A stretch of DNA of 54,052 nt, from NCBI GenBank assembly GCA_963575745.1, contig CAUYUJ010000269.1, positions 62,001-116,052 on the forward strand. The letters are read 5' to 3'. Position 1 is the stretch's first letter. The number at the start of each line of letters is the position of its first letter. Under the pieces are notes generated by a model. That model was not told the DNA's origin, did not search any database, and saw only the letters and a program-made list of their open reading frames with translations. A program made the position numbers and the translations under genes. Positions 23,924 through 36,554 of the stretch are shown here, piece after piece. The DNA is from Prorocentrum cordatum (taxonomy: Eukaryota).

Positions 23924-24544
23924 TACCCCCCAGGATGCACAAGAGCACCCAACAAACACGAAGAACACTAGGGTACCCTCCACGAACCGACCTCGATCGT
24001 GTACCTCGGTCCGACTGTAGAGTAGGGGAAAGAGGGGGAAGGGGAGGCGGAAGAGGAGAACGAAGGTGGAGGAGGGGGCGTCCTGCACAGCTGCGGCCAG
24101 GTGGGCGGAGCCGAGGAAGAAAGGGCAAGAGGAACCTAAGGGCGAGAATGCTGAACTCTGTGAGCAAAACCCACGGTGGCTCAAGAGGTTTGGCCTCTTG
24201 GGGGCCTCCTTGGGCGGACGTTTGAAGCCCTCCTGGGGTGTATTTGGGTCATCTTGGTCACTCTTGGAGCGTCGGAGCCTGAGAAGGCCAGAACGCCGAA
24301 ATCTGTCAAAAACTGGCGGGAACTCAATGGACATCTTGGGGCGCTCTTGGGTGGCCTCTTGAAGCCTTCTTGGGGTGCGTTGGGGTCCTCTTGGGCCGCC
24401 CTGGAGCGTCGGAAGCCCGAAAAGGCGAGACCGCTGAAATCTTAAAACCAACAAGAAAAACCGTAGGGGTTCACGGAGCTGGGCCTCTTGGGGCCCTCAC
24501 TAGGTGGTCTCCTGGGGTCTCCTTATGGTACATTGGGGTCCTTA

Positions 24545-24789
24545 CTGGGCCCTGGGTGACAAGGCCGTCTCTTTACCAATTCCTTTCTGCCGCTTTTGTT
24601 GCTGGTTCCGACGCCGTTTTTTTGCCGATACCGTCGCCGTTGCGTTGTTTTTTCTGTTCCGGCTCGAGTGCCAATGCTGGAACCGTTTTTGTTCCCGTTT
24701 CCGGTCGCCGTTGTTTTGCCGTTTTCATTTTCAAGAGAAACATTTTCGGAAACGGTGGAAAAACGGCCCTGCCGCTTCCTGGGCCCACT
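24545..24789. mobile_element. TGGGCCC-TIR MITE, second copy, inserted in a tandem repeat
   Basis: Colinear similarity to 3657-3900, including TTTTCGGAAACGGTG.AAAAACGGCCCTGCCG. Confidence 0.75.
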
Positions 24790-25024
24790 AAGTTGGGGTC
24801 CTCTTGGTGCGTCCTGAAGCGTCGGAACCCGGAAAGGCGAGAACGCTGAACTCTTTCACAGAAATATGGGGAATCAGAATTTGTTGTAGCTTGGGGACTC
24901 TTGGAGGGCATTTTGAAACCTTCTTGGGGTGTATTGGGGTCCTCTAGGGCCATCCTCGAGCGTCGGAAACCGGAAAAGCGAGAAAAAGGAAGAAATCTAT
25001 CAAACACCAGTGGGGACTCAAATG

Positions 25025-25990
25025 TTCCCAACCATCCTGTGGTTTTGGGTTCTCGTTTTGAAAAGACAGCGCCCCGCGTCTCACTCCTTCCTCCCGCTGC
25101 CCCTTCCTCCCATCCTCTCCCTCTTCTCCTCTCCTCCCCCACTTTGGCACACCCCTGGCACGTTTCGTGGTCCCATAGGGAGCTCCACCAAAGGCCCAGA
25201 TCAGCCGAAGGCCCCAGTGCCTGCGCTCGCATGGCAGCGCCGCACTCATGTTGGCACACCCCTCACACGTTTCGTGTGGCCCCACAAGGAGCTCCACCGA
25301 AGGCCCCAGAGGCTGCGCTCGCAGCACGCCGCGCCCATTTCGGCACGCCCCTCACACGCTTCGTGGCCCCATAGGGAGCTCCACGTAAAGCCCCGGTGCC
25401 TGCGCTCGCATGGCACCGCCGCACGCATTTCGGCACATCCCTCACACGTTTCGTAGCCCCATAGGGAGGAGCTCCATCAACGGCCACAATGGCTGCGCTC
25501 GCATGGCACCGCCGCATGCATGTCGGCACACCCCTCACACGTTTCGTGGTCCCACAAGGAGCTCCACCGAAGGCCCCAATGGCTGCGCTCGCAGGGCAGC
25601 GCCGCACGCATTTCGGCACAACCCTCACACGTTTCGCGTGGCCCCACAAGGAGCTCCACCGAAGGCCCCAATGGCTGCGCTCGCATGGCATTGCCGCACG
25701 CATTTCGGCACAACCCACACACGTCTCGTGGCCCCATAAGGAGCTCCACCAAAGGCCACAATGGCTGCGCTCGCATGGCACCACCGCAAATGTCAGCACA
25801 CCCCTCACAAGTTTGGTGGCCCCACAAGGAGCTCCACCGAAGGCCCCAGTGGCTGCGCTCGCATGACACCACCACGCCCATGTTGGCACACCCCTCACCC
25901 GTTTCGCGTCGCATAAAAAGCTCCACCGAAGATCATACCACCAACTGAGTTACTCACAACTGCATATGGTTGGGCCCTTTGCCTGGATAG
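25025..25990 (-). repeat. Element with a head, a tandem array of about 89 bp (GGGGCCACGAAACGTGTGAGGGG...) and a tail
   Basis: Shared head CCCAACCATATGCAG and tail TTCAAAACGA..ACCCAA.ACCACAGGATG with the 27.9-29.3 kb copy. Confidence 0.85.
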
Positions 25991-27153
25991 TTTGGGCATC
26001 TCGGTGCCCTCCTAAGTGGTCTCTTGAAGCCTTCTTGGCGTGTGTTAGGGGTGATGTTGGGCCGTCTTGGAACGTTCGAAGCCCGAAATGGCAAGAACGC
26101 TGAAATAGTTTAACTAAGGTGGCTCAACGAGTTTGGCCTCTTGGGGCCCTCTTTTGCCGGTCTCTTGGGGCCTTCTTGGGATGTAGTTGCGTCATCTAAA
26201 GACATCTTGAAGCGTCGGAACCTGACAAGGCCAGAACGCCGAAATCTACCAAACACCGATGGGAACTCAATGGTTTTGGCATCTTGGGGCCCTCTTGAGT
26301 GGCCTCTTGTAGCCTTCTTGAGTGCGTCGGGGTCCTATTGGGCCGTCCTGGAGCGTCGGAAGCCCGAGAAGGCGAGAACGCTGAAATCTTTCCATCTAAC
26401 CCTGGTCGCTCAACAAATTTAGCTTCTTGGGGCCCTCGTTGGGCGGTCCCATGGGCCTTCTTGGGGTGTACTTGGGTCATCTTGGTAATTCTTGGAGCGT
26501 CGGAACCTTGAAAAGCGAGAACGCTGAAATCTATCGAAAACTGGTGGGGGAATCAATGGTTTGGGCATCTTGGGGCCCTCTTGGGTGGTCTCTTGGGGCC
26601 CTCTTTGAATGTCTTGGGTCGACTTAGGTCGCCGTGGAGCGTCGGAAGCCCGAAAAGGCGAGAGCGCTGACATCCTTCAACAACAGGCCATGGGGGCTCA
26701 GAGGGTTGTGCCTCTTGGAGCCCTCTTTGGGCAATCGCTTGGAGCCTTCTTGGGAGCGTCGGAAGCCCGGACAGGCGAGAATGTTGGATTCTTTCAAGGG
26801 GTCTCCCGAAGACGATGACGAGGCTGAGCAAGGAGGAAGACGTAGGAGGACGGAGGACGGGGGGATGAGGAGGGAGGGAAGAGGAGGAGGAGGAGGAGGA
26901 GGAGGAGGAGGAGGAGGAAGAGGAAGAAGAGGAGGAGGAGGAGGAGGAGGAGGAGGAGGAGGAGGGGGTGGGATCAAGGAGGTGGGCCTCTCGGGGCCCT
27001 CTGCGGGCGGCCTCTTGGGGCCCTCTTGGGCTGCACTGGGGGCCTCCTGGGCCGTCTCTTGGGACCATCCCGGGCGTCTTGGGGCGCTCCTGGGCCATCT
27101 CGCGGAACCCTTTGTGGCCCGTCGAGGGGGTGCCTCGGGACCTTCCTGAGACA

Positions 27154-27306
27154 AGCGCGCTCCACTATTCGCAAAGGTGCTGCTCGCGAGTGGCCTGGAT
27201 CCGCCGCGGGGGATTCACGACACATCACGCCGAGGCGAACACGTGTTTTCCTTGTCTTTCAGTCGGACGTTTGCGAGTGGGCACTTTGCGAGCAGCGGAG
27301 CGCGCT
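27154..27306. mobile_element. MITE with imperfect TIRs of about 35 bp
   Basis: AGCGCGCTCCACTATTCGCAAAGGTGC / GCACTTTGCGAGCAGCGGAGCGCGCT. Confidence 0.65.
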
Positions 27307-27859
27307 CAGTGATTCTTGACCCGCCGTCTTGGGGCCCTGGCCTCCGGAACAAAAAAAAACTGGCGGGAAGCCCAACAAGGCGATCGGGGGCACGCACCGC
27401 ACCCTGGGAGCGCCCTGAGGCTGGCACGCGAGGTCGGCGAAGCAGGCGTGCAAAATCGTAGTTCGCAGTGCAGATAGATTGGGAGCGTCCGCGCAGCGTG
27501 CACCCGAACCGCAAGCATTGTGGCTCGTGAGCCGCCTCGCGCGGCGTGCGTCGCAGGCAACGTACCTGTAGCCTTGATGTTGGGCAAAGCAATGCGTTTG
27601 AGGGCAGTTACAATACTCAATGCGACAACTGTTTTGGGAGCCTGAGGATACTCCAGCTCGTGCCTCAAGGCACGGTGCTGAATATCTGAATCTCCCAAAC
27701 CCCCGACGTCATGACTTGTTCATAACGTCGACCCCCACATATCTCGACCCGTTCCTCGGGATCCGCTTTTCATCCTGAATCGTTGTTTGACGGTCCTGAG
27801 GCCTGGTACGGGCCCCCACACGCAGAAAACAGAGGAAAACCTTCCAAGGTGATTTTTCT

Positions 27860-29333
27860 TTTCATCCTGTGGTGTTGGGTCATCGTTTTGAAGAGACAGC
27901 GCTCTGCGTCTCCACTCCTTTCCTTTCACCCCCCTCCCCCTCCCCCTCCCCCTCCCCCTCCTCCTCCTCCTCCTCCTCCTCCTCCTCCTCCTCCTCCTCC
28001 TCCTCCATTACCATCATCGTGTCGGCACACCCCTCACACGGTTTGCGCCCCTGTAGGCCCCAGTGGCGGTGTTCGCATGCGTCTCCTCCACCCAACTCAA
28101 CGCTTCGCGGCCCAATAGGGAGCTCCACCCAAGGCTCCAGCGGCGGTGTTCGCACGCGTCACCCCCACCCAGTACAAGGTTTCGTGGCCCCATAGAGGGC
28201 TCCAGCCCAGGCCCCAGTGGCGGTGTTCGCGTGCGTCCCCCCCGCCAAGTACAAAGTTTCGTGACCCCACAAGAGGCTCCACCGAAGGCCCCACTGGCGG
28301 TGTGCGCACGCGTCTCCCCCACCCAGTACAGCGCTTCGTGGCCCCATTAGGAGCTCCACCGAAGGCCCCAGTAGCGGTGTTCGCATGCGTCCCCCCAAAC
28401 GTTTCGTGGCCCTGTCTGGAGGTCCACCGAAGGCCCCAGTGGCGGTGTTCGCACGGTTCTCCCTCACCGAGTACAACGTTTCGTGGCCCCCTATGGAGCT
28501 CCAGCGGAAGCGCTAGTGGCGGTGTTCGCATGCCTCCTCCACCCAGTGCAATGTTTTGTGGCCAGCCGTGGGGAGCTCCACTGAATGCCCCAGTGGCGGT
28601 GTTCGCATGCATCCCCCCCACCCATTACAACGTTTCGTGGCCTCATAGGGAGCTCCACCGAAGGCCCCAGTATCGGTGTTCGCATGCGTCTCCCCCACTC
28701 AGTACAGCGCTTCGTGGTCCCATAGGGAGCGCCACCGAAGGCCCCAGAGGCGGTGTTCGCATGCGTCCTCCACTCAGCACAGCCCCTCGTGGCCCCATGA
28801 GGAGCTCCACTAAAATGTCCCAGTGGTGCTTTTCGCATGCGCCCCCCCCGCCCATTACAACGTTTCGTGGCTCCATCCATAAGGAGATCCACCGAAGGCC
28901 CCAGTGGCGGCGTTCGCATGCGTCTCCCCCACTCAGTACAGCGCTTCGTGGCCCTATTGGGAGCTCCACCGAAGGCCCCTGTAGCGGTGTTCGCATGGTT
29001 CTCCCCCACCCAGTGCAGCGTTTCGTGGCACCATTGGGAGCTCCACCGAATGCCCTAGTAGCGGTGTTCGCATGCGTCTCCCCCAACGTTTCGTGGCCCT
29101 GTCTGGAGGTCCACCGAAGGCCCCAATGGCGGTGTTCGCATGCGTCGCCCCCGCCGAATACAACGCTTCGTGGCCCCGTAATGAGCTCCACCGAAGGCCT
29201 TGGTGGCGGTGTGCGCATGCGTCTCCCCCACCCAGTACAGCGTTCGTGGCGCCCTAGGAAGCTCCACCGAAGACGATGTTCACGGATGTGGTACCAACAG
29301 CTGCATATGGTTGGGTGCTTCGCCCGGCGAATT
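27860..29333 (-). repeat. Second subfamily of the 89-bp-array element
   Basis: About 14 units containing GGAGCTCCACCGAAGGCCCCAGTGGCGGTGTTCGCATGC; same head and tail. Confidence 0.85.
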
Positions 29334-29557
29334 TGGAATGACTCGAAGGGGTCTGGGATTGAGGGGTCCGGGCTCCAGATTGCCAGATCTCCTGGAGTGT
29401 GCCGCGTGTGTCTGCGTGCCCGCTGGTGCTTTCTGCTACACTTTTTCCCGAGGCCTGAGGGCCCCTTGAGAGGGCCCCTGGACGGCCGAAGACGGCCCCA
29501 AGAGGCCGCTCGGACGGTCTAGGAGGGCCCCGAGACTGCCAAAGAGCGCTCCAAGAC

Positions 29558-29756
29558 TCGGTGGCGAGCGAGGGGGAGAAGTGAGAAGCAGAAGGCCTTT
29601 TCAAAAGGCGGCGGCGCTTTTCAGAAGCCCTCGCGCCTTCTGAAAGGCTTGCTGTGTCTCCGAGGGGGAGGCCCAGGAAACTTCTCAGAAGGCTGGGGGA
29701 CTTCCGAGCCTTCCGAGAAGCCCGCCCCTTCTCACTTCCCCCTCGCTCGCCGCCGA
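29558..29756. mobile_element. TCGG-type MITE
   Basis: About 30-bp TIRs TCGGTGGCGAGCGAGGGGGAGAAGTGAGAAG / CTTCTCACTTCCCCCTCGCTCGCCGCCGA; perfect 5-bp TSD AAGAC. Confidence 0.85.
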
Positions 29757-30069
29757 AAGACGACACAAGCGGGCCCAAAGGGCCCTTCAAGAGGCCCCCG
29801 ACATAAGAGAACAACAAATAGTTAGGTAATGGGAGAGGGAGGCAGGAAGAGAGACGCATGACGACATGGCACGCCTGGGGCGTAGCGGCCAGAGCGATGA
29901 TCACCGCTGCTGGTTCGGATACTGCGCCCGAGCGCCATGGACATCTGATGAAAATCCGGCGAAGCGGTGTTCGCAGTCAAGCCGGCCTACGAGGACGTAA
30001 GTGGGCAGCGGCGACAGAACCGCTGGCGGCGCCGCGCCCGAAAGTAGACGGTGGCGATGAAGAAAAAAA

Positions 30070-30606
30070 GTACCGTAGCACCCCGCAGTCGCGGATAAAA
30101 GGGGGCGGCGGGGACCTCTGCAGTCTGCGAGGCTCTGAAGAAGCCCGCCGCAGGCGCCAAACTCTTGACGGGCAGGCGCCGATTTTCCGTTGAAACCATG
30201 TGGGTGCGTCGCGGAGTAGGTCGCGGGTGGGTCGCCGGTGGGTCGCGGGTGGGTCGCGGGCGGGTCGCGGTGCGGGTAGCGGGTGGATCGCGGGCCGGTT
30301 GCGGGGTGGGTCGCGGGTGGTTCGCGGGTAGGTCGCGGGCGGGTCGCGGGTGGGTCGCGGACTGGTCGCGGGCTGGGTCGCGGGGGACGACGCAAAGCAA
30401 CAACAAACAGCAACAACAACAACAACAACAACAATAACAACAGCAGCAACAACAAGACCAACAACAACACCACCAGCAACAATCATTTTAGGTCTCTTCG
30501 CTCTTATCTGCTCGAGTGTCCGTTAACGCGTATTTCCCAAACCCTCGATACCCGCCCTCTTCGTCTTCGATCGTACCCCTTTGGGGGGGTATACGTTTCT
30601 TCCCTG
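30070..30606 (+). repeat. CCGTAGCACCCCGC head + (GGGTCGCG)n + (CAA)n + conserved box
   Basis: The head and GGGTCGCG array are shared with 38265-38790 (-) and 46539-47260 (+); the box is shared with 32870-33020 and 33600-33745 (-). Confidence 0.75.
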
Positions 30607-30814
30607 CAGGCAGGGCGCCGGCAAGCGGCGGGGCGGCCGCGGACACTCGGCCTGGCCAGCGGCAGCGCTGATCGGCGGCAGTCCGACCCCAAGAGGGACG
30701 GACAGGGGACCGACCACGACGACGACGACGACGACCACGTCGTCGACGACGACGACGACGACGACGGCGGCGACGACGACGACGACGACGAGCGAAAGCG
30801 AGAGAGAGAACGAC

Positions 30815-31700
30815 AGCAGGGCCACGAAGGGCAAGAAGTACGCCACGAAGGGCGGCAGCGGGAACACGAATGGAATGCGTATGGGGCCACGAAGAGCGCG
30901 AACGCACGGGGGCCCCGAAGGGCAGATAATGCGGGGCCACAAAAGGAAAGGACGGGGCCACTGAGGGTGGCAACTGGGCCACGTAGGACAACGAGGGGGC
31001 CACAAAGGGCGACAGCGGGGACACAAAGGGCATGCACATGGGGCCACGACGGGCGCGAACGAGCGGATGTCACGAAGGGCATACGTTTATGGGGCCGCGG
31101 AGGGGAAGGACGGGGCCACTAAGGGCAGCAACGGGGCCACGAAGGGCAGCGATGGGGGCCACGAAGGGCGACAGCGGGGCCACGAAGGGCATGCATATGG
31201 GGCCACGACGGGCGCGAAAGAGCGGGGGCCACGAAGGGCATACCTATATGGTGCCACGAAAGGCAGCGAGGGTGTCACGAAGGGCTGCAACGGGGCCACG
31301 TAGGGCAGCGAGGGGGCCACGAAGGGCTGCAACGGGGCCACGAAAGGCAGCGAGGGGGCCACGATGGGGCTGCAACGGGGCCACGACAAAAAAAAGCGAG
31401 GGGGCCACGGAGGGCTGCAACGGGGCCACGACGCGCAGCGAGGAGGCCACGAAAGGGTGTAACGGGGGGCCACGGAGGGCAGCGAAGAGGCCACGGAGGG
31501 CAGCGAAGGGGCCACGAAAAAAAAAAACGAAGGGGCCACGGAGAGCTGCAACGGGGCCACGAAACAAAGCGAGGGGGGCCACGAAGGGCTGTAACGGGGC
31601 CACGAAGGGGTGCAACGTGGCCACGAAGGGCAGCGAGGGGGGCACGAAGGGCTGCAACGGGTCCACGAAGGGCAGCGAGGAGGCCACGGAGGGCTGCAAG
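30815..31700 (+). repeat. GGGGCCACGAAGGGC minisatellite of about 22 bp
   Basis: Dozens of GGGGCCACGA cores, often alternating with CAGCGA / CTGCAAC linkers. Confidence 0.9.
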
Positions 31701-32247
31701 ATTCCTGAATAAACTGTGAGGGAGTCCTCAGCGTGAGCGCGACTCCTGGGTGCCTGACAGTCGGGAGCGCGGCGCTTGAATAAATTCCGGGAAATGCCAA
31801 CGCAAAGGCGCTATTCTCAACTAAATTGCAAGCGAGTCTCCAGCGAGAGCGCGACTCCAGAGCGCCGAGAGAGCGATTCCTCAATACATTGTAAGGAGTG
31901 CCCTTGCGAGAGCGCGATTCCTGAATCAAATGCGAGGCAATCTCGGGCGGGAGCAGGGGTCCTGGCTAAATTGTGAAGAAATCACTGGCGGGAGCCGTTG
32001 TTGTTGCAACTCGGGGGCCAACAAAGCAGTTTGAGGAGGAATATTTTCCTTGGTAAAAAACAAGGTACGAGCTCCGGGAGGGGCACTTCAATTGAAAAAT
32101 ACAATGTGCACCGGAGGGGGGATCAACAATAATTATTGTTCAGTCGTGAGAATTCAACACTAATCCGCATCGCGGAATCCAACTTCAGCCACGCACCCAT
32201 GGACAGTGAATGCCAGTTCGCCCCCCTCACACGCAGACACGCACACA

Positions 32248-32311
<64 letters not shown>

Positions 32312-33894
32312 CATATAGATAGACATATAAAGAATAAGCATGATGAGCAGTCCAAGGCGCACCAGGAGGAGGAGGAGGAGGAGGAGGAGGAGGAGGAGCA
32401 AACTGTGCCCCTGGCCCCCCGGCTGCAAGAACAACGGCTCCCGCATTATACGCCCTCGCAAAAAAAATGCGAATTCGCGGTCTCGCGCGGGACTTCCTTA
32501 CAAGTCATGCAAGAATCGGACTGTCGCGTGGGACTTCTTCGATTTGCTTCAGACGCCGCGCCCTCGACACGCAGGAGTATCGCTCTCGTTTTGGCTTTTC
32601 TCACGGTTTACTTGGACATCGCGCTATCGCTCGAGACTTCCTCGCGGTTCACGCAGGACTCACGCTTCAGCAACCCGCGTGCTCGACCTGGCCGCGCGGG
32701 CCCGCCTTCCCGACCCGCCCGCTAGGGTCTGCCCACCCGATCTGCCCGTCTGGTTTTGCCACGTGTTTTCTTCTCCTGGCACCCCTCCTGCTAAATTCTT
32801 TCGTGCTCCATTCTTCTCCCTCCCCCTTTCATTCGCCCTCCCTTCTTCTGTTTTAGGAGCTGCACTACATGCGCGCGAAAGGCAAGGAAGATATACCACC
32901 AATGGGAGTACAATCGAAGACGAGGAGGGCGGACACCGAGGGCTTGGGACAGACGTGTTGATTGGCACGCGAGCAGATAGGAGCGAACAATATTGAAATG
33001 ATTGTTGTTGCTGTTGTTGAGTGCCCGTCATCTTCAAATGATAAGGTCCCCCCTCTGGCGCACCTTGAGCTTCTCAATTAAGCTGCTCCTCATGGGGCTC
33101 AAAAGAATATCTTGCGCCTCAGGATGGGTTGTTGACCCCCTGTTTACAACAGAAGCGACTCCCGCCTGGTGCTTCCTCACAAGTGTGTCCAATTCGCGCT
33201 CGCGCGCGAGACTTCCTCATAATGTAGGCTGGAATCGCGCTGTCTCGTGTTATTTTCTTACAATATAAATTCCGGCGCCGTGCTCCCTAGACTCAGAAAT
33301 CACGCTCTGGCGTTGGATATCCTCACGATTTACTCGGGAATCCCACTTCCGCTTGAAACTTCTTTGCGACTCATGTTGGATTGACGCTTCAGCGGCCCGC
33401 CCGCTCGACCTGACCGCGTTGGCCCGCCCGCCCGACCTGCCAGTCGGGGTCCGCCCGCCCGACCCGCCCGTCTGGTTCTGCTGGTTGTACTCCTGCTCCT
33501 AAACCTCCTCCTGCAAATCTCTCTCGTGCTCCATCCTTCTCCCTCCCCCTTGTTTCTTCCCTCATCCCTTCCGTCCCCTGTTTGAGCGGCTTCGCCAACT
33601 ACACGCGGCAGGTAGGGAAAATATACCCCCAAGGGGGGTAAGATCGAAGACGAGGAGGGCGGGTATTGAGGGTTTCGGATACACGTGTTGAATGGCACGC
33701 ACGCAGATAATAGCGGACAAGATGAACCTGGTTGTAAGTGTGGTAGTTGTTGCTGCTGCTGCTGCTGCTGATGCTGCTGTTGTCGCTGCTGTTGTCGAAT
33801 GTGTTGCTGTCGGTGCTGTTGCTGTTTGATTGTGTGTTTGTGTGATTGGTTTGTTGGTTTGTTTGTTCGGTTGTGTGTTTGTTTGCTTGTTTGT

Positions 33895-34110
33895 CTACAT
33901 GCGACCCACCCGTTACCCACCCGCGACCCACCCGCGACCCACCCGTGACTGACTCGCGACCCACCCGCGACCCACCTGCGACTAACCCCGCGAAGCACCT
34001 GCGACCCACCCGCGACCAACCCCGCGACCCACCCGCGAACCACCCGCGACCCACCCGCGCCCCACCCGCGACCCACCCGCCGCCCAGCCGGCGACACACC
34101 CGCGACACAA
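33895..34110 (-). repeat. (CCCGCGACCCA)n array
   Basis: Same 10-12-bp unit as the GGGTCGCG arrays, next to a (TTG/CTG)n tract. Confidence 0.8.
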
Positions 34111-35702
34111 GGATGGTGGGCGCCCACAGTTTTCCCTATGTGCGCGGGCGCACCTGGCACTCTCCGCGCGCGCCCCGAACGTAGCGCACCATGCGCGGCT
34201 TGAGCATGCGGCACACTTGGCGCACGTGGAGCACGTGGCGCATCTGGCGCACCAGGCGTGCCTGGCACGCTTGGGCCCCAGGGGCGTCTGGCTCGCCCAG
34301 TGCGCGTGGCGCGCCTGGCACGCGTGGCACGCCTCGCCCCAGCGTCGCGCCCCTGGGGTCTGTACTGGTTCCGGGTAAAGCTGCCCATCCAACGACGACC
34401 GCTGAATATGCTGAGATTCGGGCACTGCTTATACATTGGGAGGGCGGGTGGGCGTGAGCCAACCAGTTTGCGTCTGGGAGAGGTGTCCTGGCCCATCCCC
34501 CTACCCCCTTCCTCGGGGCCTGGACGGGGGGGGGGGGGGGGGCGAGACGTCAGAGCGTCCAAGATGATTCCAAGAGGTAGGTCGCCCAAGATGGCCTCAA
34601 AGATGGCTCAAGAGAAGGCAAGGTCGCTGAAGATGGCTTCCAACGTGCTGCAAGCGGTCCCAAGGTGTGTCCAAGTGGCCTCGGCTCCTCCCAAAGACGC
34701 CCGTCAAGCTATAAGGGCAACATGCAGCGTGCCGTCCAGCCGTGCCGCTTCCGACGCGCGCGTATGGCCACAAGATGGATCCCCATGATGGCCCAAGAGG
34801 GCACCAAGAGATGCCCAAGATGTCTGCGCCGGCCACGGGGGCGTTCCATGAGCGTCCCAAGAGGCTATCCTTTTGGGCTCCAGAGGGGCAGGCTTAGTTA
34901 AGACCCCCCCTTCCTTCTTTGATCGATGTTCTCAGAAATGGCCCCAAGAGGACCCCCCCATGGCCTCCAAGACGGCCCCAAGAGACCCCCAGGAGTGTTC
35001 TTGGTTCCCAGGAAAAAAACACAAATGTGTCTCCACGATGAGCCACCAAGACTCCATCGAATAGCTCAAAAGGGATCGCTAAGGGAACACCAAAGGGGCC
35101 CCAAGAGGGAGAGAACTCGCCTTCAATGAGAACCCAAGATGGTTCCCACACGCCTCCATATCGGCCCGCCACCCAAAATGGCTCCAGGAGGCCTCCACGA
35201 GGCTCCTAAGGTCCTGAGGCAACACGCGCGGGCATCAGTTCTGGATGACGATGTTCGAGATCGACGAGCATGTACCCTTATGTGCGGCAAGGTGCTTCTT
35301 CCGTCCTGTATATACTGTTCACACCTCCACTTCTGCACAAACTCCTGCTCTTAATTGAATTTCTGCTACCCCGTATCAGACTCATACTCTTACGAATCCT
35401 TCTCCTGCTAATGCTGTTCCTCCTCGTGATCTCCCTCCTGTCGATGAAGCTGATCCTAATCCTGCTCCTCCTGCTCCTCAGGCTCCTCCTCCTCTCCCTC
35501 CTCCTCCTCCTCCTCCTCCTCCTCCTCCTTGTCCTGTTCCCTCTCCTCCCATCCTGTCCTGCTCTTCAGTTTCGTGCTCCTCCTCGTCCTCCTCCTCCTC
35601 GTTCTCCTGCGCGTCTTCTCCTCCTGCCCTACTTCCGGTGAGCTCCGCCGGGGCAGAACAAAAACACCCGCGCCAGGCCAAGGCGGCAGCGCACACCTCC
35701 GA

Positions 35703-35749
35703 GAGCCCTTCTGTGAAACGTTCGGGCGAGACGTTTCACAGAAGGGCTC
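35703..35749. other. Perfect 19-bp hairpin
   Basis: GAGCCCTTCTGTGAAACGT, 9-nt loop, ACGTTTCACAGAAGGGCTC. Confidence 0.9.
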
Positions 35750-36009
35750 CTCCGCGAACCCGATGCTGAGATGATGAAAGTTGCCAGCTTCCCCACCGGG
35801 GGACAGGGGATCCCACCACGCGAAGCACCAGACACGGAGGAGCAGGAAGAAGAGGAGGAGGAGGGGGAGGAGGAGGAGGAGGAGGAGGAGGAGGAGGAGG
35901 AGGAGGGGGGAGCAGGAGGGGGGAGCAGCGAGAGAGAGAGAGAGATCGACACCGTGCCTTCTCGCTCGGCGTCTTGCCTGCTTGCCTTCTCCCGCGCATG
36001 GCCCTCCGT

Positions 36010-36045
36010 TCACATCGTCAACAACTCGCGGTGCTTCGTCGCGTC
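36010..36045 (-). CDS. Probable terminal exon of the unknown gene (DATKHRELLTM*)
   Basis: The CCCCAG|GACGCG acceptor repeats the 8-nt AGGACGCG found at the 40487 donor; in-frame TGA ends at 36010. Confidence 0.45.
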   Translation of the reverse strand, partial: DATKHRELLTM

Positions 36046-36356
36046 CTGGGGCCCGGGCCGAAGGCACCCCACCCGCACCCCAGAGGAGGAGCAGTAGGAG
36101 GAGGCTTCCCTCCTGCTCCTCCTCCCCTCCTCCCTTCCTCCCCTCTCCTCCTCCCCTCCTCCCCGCCTTCCCTCTCCTCCCCCTCTCCTCCCCCCCTCCC
36201 CTCTCCTCCCCTCCTCCCCTCCTCCCCTCTTCCCCTCAGAAGGAGGGCCCAAGCCACCATGATTTTACAGGGCGGTCCCAGGGGCACCAGAGTCAGGAGG
36301 AGGGGGAGGAGGAGGAAGAGGAGGAGGACAAGGAGGAGGATGAGGAGGAGGACAGG

Positions 36357-36402
<46 letters not shown>

Positions 36403-36489
36403 ACGACGACGACGTCGACGACGACGCCGACAAGGCCGACAAGGGCGACGACGACGACGACGACAACGACGAGGACGAGGACGAGGACA

Positions 36490-36554
<65 letters not shown>

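Larger units (their letters stand above)
24130..26800 (+). repeat. Degenerate tandem repeat of about 130-150 bp (CTCTTGGGG.../AGCGTCGGAAGCCCGAAAAGGCGAGAACGCTGAAAT), interrupted by two insertions
   Basis: The motif recurs about ten times; related CTCTTGGGG-rich tracts lie at 12130-12500, 20270-20430, 26985-27110 and, inverted, 34560-35210. Confidence 0.8.

Noticed and set aside
28146..29522. 458-aa ORF, and the similar 439-aa ORF at 8916-10235, as repeat proteins
   Set aside because: These are translations of tandem DNA repeats that are open in several frames, with unit lengths that shift frame.
29945..29965. CTGATGA as a hammerhead core
   Set aside because: No helix II, no GAAA box and no closing helix.
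35703..36012. TGA at 36010 as selenocysteine with the hairpin as a SECIS element
   Set aside because: The hairpin lacks the AUGA/GA quartet and the apical AA of a eukaryotic SECIS.
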